A DNA stretch of 64,000 nucleotides. It comes from Dimorphilus gyrociliatus. Lineage: Eukaryota; Animalia; Annelida. A model generated the notes under the pieces. That model had not been told where the DNA came from, did no database searches, and saw only the letters and a list, made by a program, of their open reading frames with translations. Both the position numbers and the translations under genes were made by a program. Below are positions 52,787-64,000 of the stretch, in pieces (position 1 is the stretch's first letter; the number at the start of each line of letters is the position of its first letter). The stretch spans positions 124,001 through 188,000 of the forward strand of contig CAJFCJ010000001.1 of the NCBI GenBank assembly GCA_904063045.1, in the 5' to 3' direction.

Positions 52787-55700
52787 TTAGAATTCTGGAA
52801 GTTTTAAGTTGCAACCTTCTTTTCCCACTAACCAAAACGTTTTCTGTAAGCCCTTGCCCTATTGTTCAGCACAGAAATAAGAAAATCGTAGTGAAATGAC
52901 ACTTTGAATACCTTTATTTCCATTTCTCCTCTTTCCTCTAATTTAAATCTCAAATCAGCTTCACTAAGAGCCTTTTTCGAATCTTGACTTAAATGGATTC
53001 TTAGAGCTATTATTAAAAAAGATCACTATTACGATATAAAGATTGAAAATCATTGTATTTATTTTACCCAGTCCATTACTTTCCATCCTGGAGGCCATAT
53101 TAACAGTGTCACCGAACAAACAATATCTAGGCATTGTCAGGCCTACAACACCTGCATGACACAAATGTTTGTATAAAGCAAGATTGTCTCGGCTTATTAA
53201 AATAGACTTACCAGCTACGCAGGGTCCCGTATGTAATCCAATTCTTAACTTAAGTTGATAATTTTCTTTATGTCTTACCTTGAACTGTGTAGTGACAGCT
53301 GATAGTAAATCTAGAGCTGTATCCGCTATATAGACAATATGCATATTGCCATTTCTCTCTGGTAGGCCAGAAACCAACATGTATGCATCGCCAATAGTTT
53401 CAACCTTATACACTTGATGTTTTGAAATAATATCATCAAACAGAGTGTATAGGTCGTTCAGGAAAGCGACAACTTGTAAGGGTGTTGATTCGGAAGAAAG
53501 CTTAGTAAATCCAACAATATCAGAGAAAAATATAGTTACAGAATCAAAAGTTTCTGGATCTACTGTTTTTCCAATCTTTAAGCGTTCTGCAACAGAAACA
53601 GGAAGCATTCTGTATAGTAATGTTTCACTCTTTTTCTTCTCATCTGACAGTTCTTGTGTTCTACTCTCAACAATTTCCTCTAAATTATTCGCATACTTTT
53701 CCATCATATTTAACATATTGTCCATCATATTAAACTTTTTCCCCTTATTCAATTCTCTAAGGCAACGTCGAATTTCTGCAATCGACGGTCTTTGATCTAG
53801 GTGCTCACTCCAACATTTTTCCATTAATACAATAGCCCTCTCATCTATAGATGTTGTCTTTGGTATTACGGGTCTAAAAGGGGTCTCCAAATTTGTACTT
53901 GCCACTTTTTCAATGATATCTAAAACACATAATAAGTTACGTAAACTTAATTTAAAGCGAAATTCTTTTTGAAGAAATTAAAGAATTTCTATTTAACCTT
54001 TCGGTGATAAGCCTAATGAAACGAAGGGCGTCTCCCGAAAAAGTATTTCAAACAGGATCAGAGATAAACTATAAATGTCACCCTTTTGAGTACCACTTTG
54101 TAAAGTTTGAATACTTCTCAAAATCTCCGGTGCTTGCCACAGTTTATCTACAAAGCGAGAGAAGATATATTTTTTTACGCTTGTCATTACTTTGTATAAC
54201 CAATTAAATTCTTTTTTTACCCTTAGAAAGCTGTAAATCCGAAATGTTAAATCGCCTTATAAATCTCAGGCCAATATTTCCCACTTTCAATACCCATCTA
54301 TTATCAACAACGCAACAGTCCGTTTGCAACCCCCCATGATTAATTAAAGGAGATGTATGGATATAATGTAGGCCATTTGCTAAATCTGTCATTAGTGACA
54401 CTTTAAACATCCAGTCTATGTTGATTTGATCATTGCCAAGAATATCTTGTAAAGAACCTCGAGAACAATGGGCTGTTAATATTACGGCAGTAGGTGCCTC
54501 AAGAGAAGCGCCTAGAAAATGAACTACGTTCTCATGTTGCAGTTGTCGGAGCTGTAAAGGAAGCTTTAAAACTATCTGGTATTTCAAATATAGAGGAAGT
54601 AGAGAAAGACATTAAAGGAAACTTAGGAAACTAAAAGATAAAACAAGGTAATAATACTTTTTTCAATGAACTTTCTCATATGTGTTACAATATACCACCC
54701 TTTCGATTTCATATTTTTATATACTATATATATACCTGGTTTAGCTCTACAAGCTCTCCTCGATTTAGCGCGCAGCTGGTTGAAATTTTGATAACTTCTG
54801 CCGACACCAAAGTTCCCCTGTGGTAGGCAATATTATGCCCAGAATTAATGAGCTCGATTCCAACGTGTTCAGTTTGGTCCATATCAGTTAAGGAGCGAAC
54901 ACTCTTCAAAGATAGTTTACTCTTGGATTTATTTGATCTAATCCACTCAATTTGGTCAATGTCAATCTTCCAAAGCATACTTTTTATTTGCTCTTCGGCT
55001 CTCCGCTTTTTCCAGGCTAGTATCAGAGATACAGTCATAATTATTAGTAGAACGAGTGCACATATTCCCCCAATTATTGCATACGTCCGACTAGACAAAT
55101 CATCTGGACATAGTTCATTTAAAAACCCGCAAACCGGGACGTCTGGAGGCGGTTTACCGTCACTTGTACCCCACAGGGCTGGCATCTCAAAATTAATTCG
55201 CTCATTTTCTGGGTTTATCATACGTACTTCCGTCCATAATTCCATTTTTGTTTGATTCTCGTTCATCCGCCATAACCAGTAGTTCGGATGACGGTCACCG
55301 TTTTCATCAAACGTTACAGCGCCAGTTAGGCTATTAAAAATTATTTTCGTTGCCAAACTAAACATTACTTTTCCACTTCGATACTTCAGAGATTTGTTCA
55401 AGGCCAAGTCCAAAGTTAAAGCATATGCCCAAATTGTGTCGTATAATAGGAGGGAGTAGACCGATCCCTATTAAATATAAAGACGTTTTAAGAAGCTTAA
55501 AATGACCTCTTAATCTAAACTCACAATTTTACCCTCTTCTAACGTTTGATTATAAAACCAAGGAGCTTCCAGCATTCTATATGGTAATTCTTTTCTGAAA
55601 GCCATTAAATCTGAGCCGACAAATGAAGCGACCATTATCTTTAAGAATTGACATAATTACTAACTCATTTGTTCTTCTATTTAGAAAATACCTCACCATT

Positions 55701-56831
55701 AAAACTGCTTCATAAGCTTGTATCACTTCTCTATCTGTAGCAGGTTGCCATGGTTTTTCGTAATTCTCCGGTGGCATATGTTTCAGTGTGAAATATACAT
55801 AATTTGGTTTTGTCATGCCATTTCGTCTGGCGAGTCTGAGAAAGTTTACTTCATCAGTTTCTTCAATACAGAGTACGATAACTGATCGAAAAGTTAATTG
55901 AATAAATTTCTATTTGGCATAGGGCAAAGGGAATGGTAAATACTATTGTAATAGGAACTTACTTCTACCCCGAAGCTTTATCCTTGTTAATATTTCGTGT
56001 ATTTCCGAATTTGTTAAACTGCCTTCAACTTTAATCCAGTCAGAGATTATTAAGCGATGCTGTCGGAATTTTTCTTCAACGGATCTTGAGGCATAATCAC
56101 AAAAAACCAAACTGTTTCCTTCTCTTAGTCTTGATATCATAACCACCTGCTTCCAACCGAAATATCTTACCAATTCAACAATAGCTGCGCCCATTTTGTT
56201 AAAAGTTGGGCTAACTCTGATTAGGGTTTTAAATATCTGTAGATTTAGAGGAAAAAAGAGAATATATGATTTGTATGGATAACTCATATTAATAGGAAAT
56301 TACATTCTTATTGCTAAGGGCTGGATCGGTTGCTCCGTGAGAAAACATTGGTATGTCATAAAATGATGCTAAATATCCAACTCCTAAAGCCGCTGATTAT
56401 TAATAAAATAGGTTAATTAAATTATGAAGATTTATTAAATATTTCCCTAACAAGCATGTAAATAAAGGGTTTTAAGCTTTTACCTTTAAAAAAACGTCAT
56501 TAATATTTTACTCTAAGTTTAATAACTAAGACTTACAGGCTGAACAAGGGGAGCCAATCAGAACATCGACTAAATCTTCTTCAAAGTATGCAACTGTCTG
56601 TCCAGAGCCATTTACCGGATTACACAAATCATTTCTATAAAGAATTGTTAATGTGTGATTCACTAAAAGTCCTTTTCTTTGAATATCTCTTACAGCATCA
56701 GTAGCCGCAGATGCTGTCACACCAAAGCCAACACGGGAATGGATTTTTGGACAAATTAATCCTAATTTGAAGTTTTTAGAACTAGCCGCTGAGAAAAAGA
56801 AAAGGAGCAATATATGTTTAATACTCCGCAT
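52787..56831 (-). CDS. Receptor (transmembrane) guanylyl cyclase, natriuretic-peptide-receptor architecture, about 12 exons
   Basis: Signal peptide, ANF-receptor ectodomain ([23 protein letters not shown]), a TM helix followed by KKRR, kinase-homology domain ([18 protein letters not shown]), coiled coil, and an intact catalytic domain ([37 protein letters not shown]). Final exons end LPEF* at 52787. Confidence 0.95.
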
Positions 56832-57145
56832 GGCTGATAATAGGTAAATGGTTTAAAAGATTTCTGTGGTACTCGAAGCTGGTTGGTCGGCTAATTTCAA
56901 TAATTTATGAGTAACAAAGTTTGACGTAACATTTAATTATTTTTGTCTTTCTCACTTCAACACAAACAACAAAGTAAGATAAAATTTTGCAGTCTTTTTG
57001 TCTATACAATACTGCAATATACAAATATGGCACGGAGGGGAATGCTTAAAATCTTGGCTCAACTTCGCTCCTTAACAAATCTTGTATAAAGTAAAATATA
57101 CATATTCATATGCATGTACATTTATAATAGACACACGTTAAATGT

Positions 57146-57157
57146 ATACATATACAT

Positions 57158-57190
<33 letters not shown>

Positions 57191-57197
57191 TATATAT
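57146..57197. repeat. (CATA)n-(TA)n microsatellite between PDE3 and the cyclase
   Basis: Direct sequence. Confidence 0.85.
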
Positions 57198-57292
57198 GTA
57201 CAGATTCAAATGTACAGTATATTAAAGTAATGATGTATGTTAGAGTTAATTCAACAAAATTGTTTCCTCAATATTTTCTCTTTTTTCTGTGA

Positions 57293-63668
<6,376 letters not shown>

Positions 63669-64000
63669 TAACTGAACTTATGAATATGCATTAATTCCCC
63701 GCCATCTAGACGTTTTATAGGCTTTCTACGCCAGATGACGCTCGAAAATCGTCGCCGGCGGCCTCACTCCTACCACCCTCTTAAATAACCTACAGCACTT
63801 CAACTAATCCGCTCGAGTATTCCTCAATAGGAAGGAAGGGCATAAGGGCTGGAGGGTAAAAAAACGAGAGTCGTAAGGCGCCTTTACGATTAACCCTTAT
63901 TTAGTAAAAATTACAATTAGAGAAAGAAAAACAGGCATAAGGCAAGAATGAAAAGAGATAGACAAACATACTAATAAAACACAGATGAATAGACAAGACT

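Noticed and set aside
53445-55255. Plus-strand ORFs 53445-53795, 54004-54207 and 54848-55255
   Set aside because: Antisense shadows of cyclase exons. The same applies to 62925-63149 (PDE3), 43344-43553 and 42010-42228 (NHE), and 18751-19005 (FoxO).

Overview
AT-rich (roughly 70%, estimated by eye) eukaryotic genomic DNA from an invertebrate bilaterian with a compact genome and many 50-100 nt GT-AG introns. TEX11, a membrane-anchored PDE3, NME5, a Cbp53E/calbindin-type gene and CTCF-like motifs point to a spiralian such as a small-genome annelid; this is inference only. I could reconstruct about 11 spliced genes by hand: NME5 (-), a HES-type bHLH-Orange gene (+), a divergent PKA catalytic subunit (+), a Ly6/quiver-type GPI protein (+), FoxO (-), TEX11/ZIP4 (+), a small coiled-coil gene (+), a CAP-EGF-ShK-(PV)n-EGF GPI protein (+), an NHE/SLC9A exchanger (-), a four-EF-hand calbindin-like gene (+), a receptor guanylyl cyclase (-) and PDE3 (-). 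I saw no rRNA, tRNA, CRISPR array or intact transposon ORF. The main signals beyond the gene list are: (1) about 18 copies of ATAC[A/T]GTAT in non-coding TA-rich DNA, which matches Tc1/mariner excision footprints; (2) a recurring CTCF-like motif; (3) an NHE gene and an EF-hand gene head-to-head with 213 bp between their start codons; (4) signalling proteins missing hallmark motifs (PKA, HES, FoxO); (5) FoxO sites clustered in FoxO's own intron and CRE palindromes clustered in PDE3 intron 1; (6) PDE3 lying 461 bp upstream of a guanylyl cyclase on the same strand. All exon boundaries, motif counts and alignments were done by eye or from remembered reference sequences and need computational confirmation.
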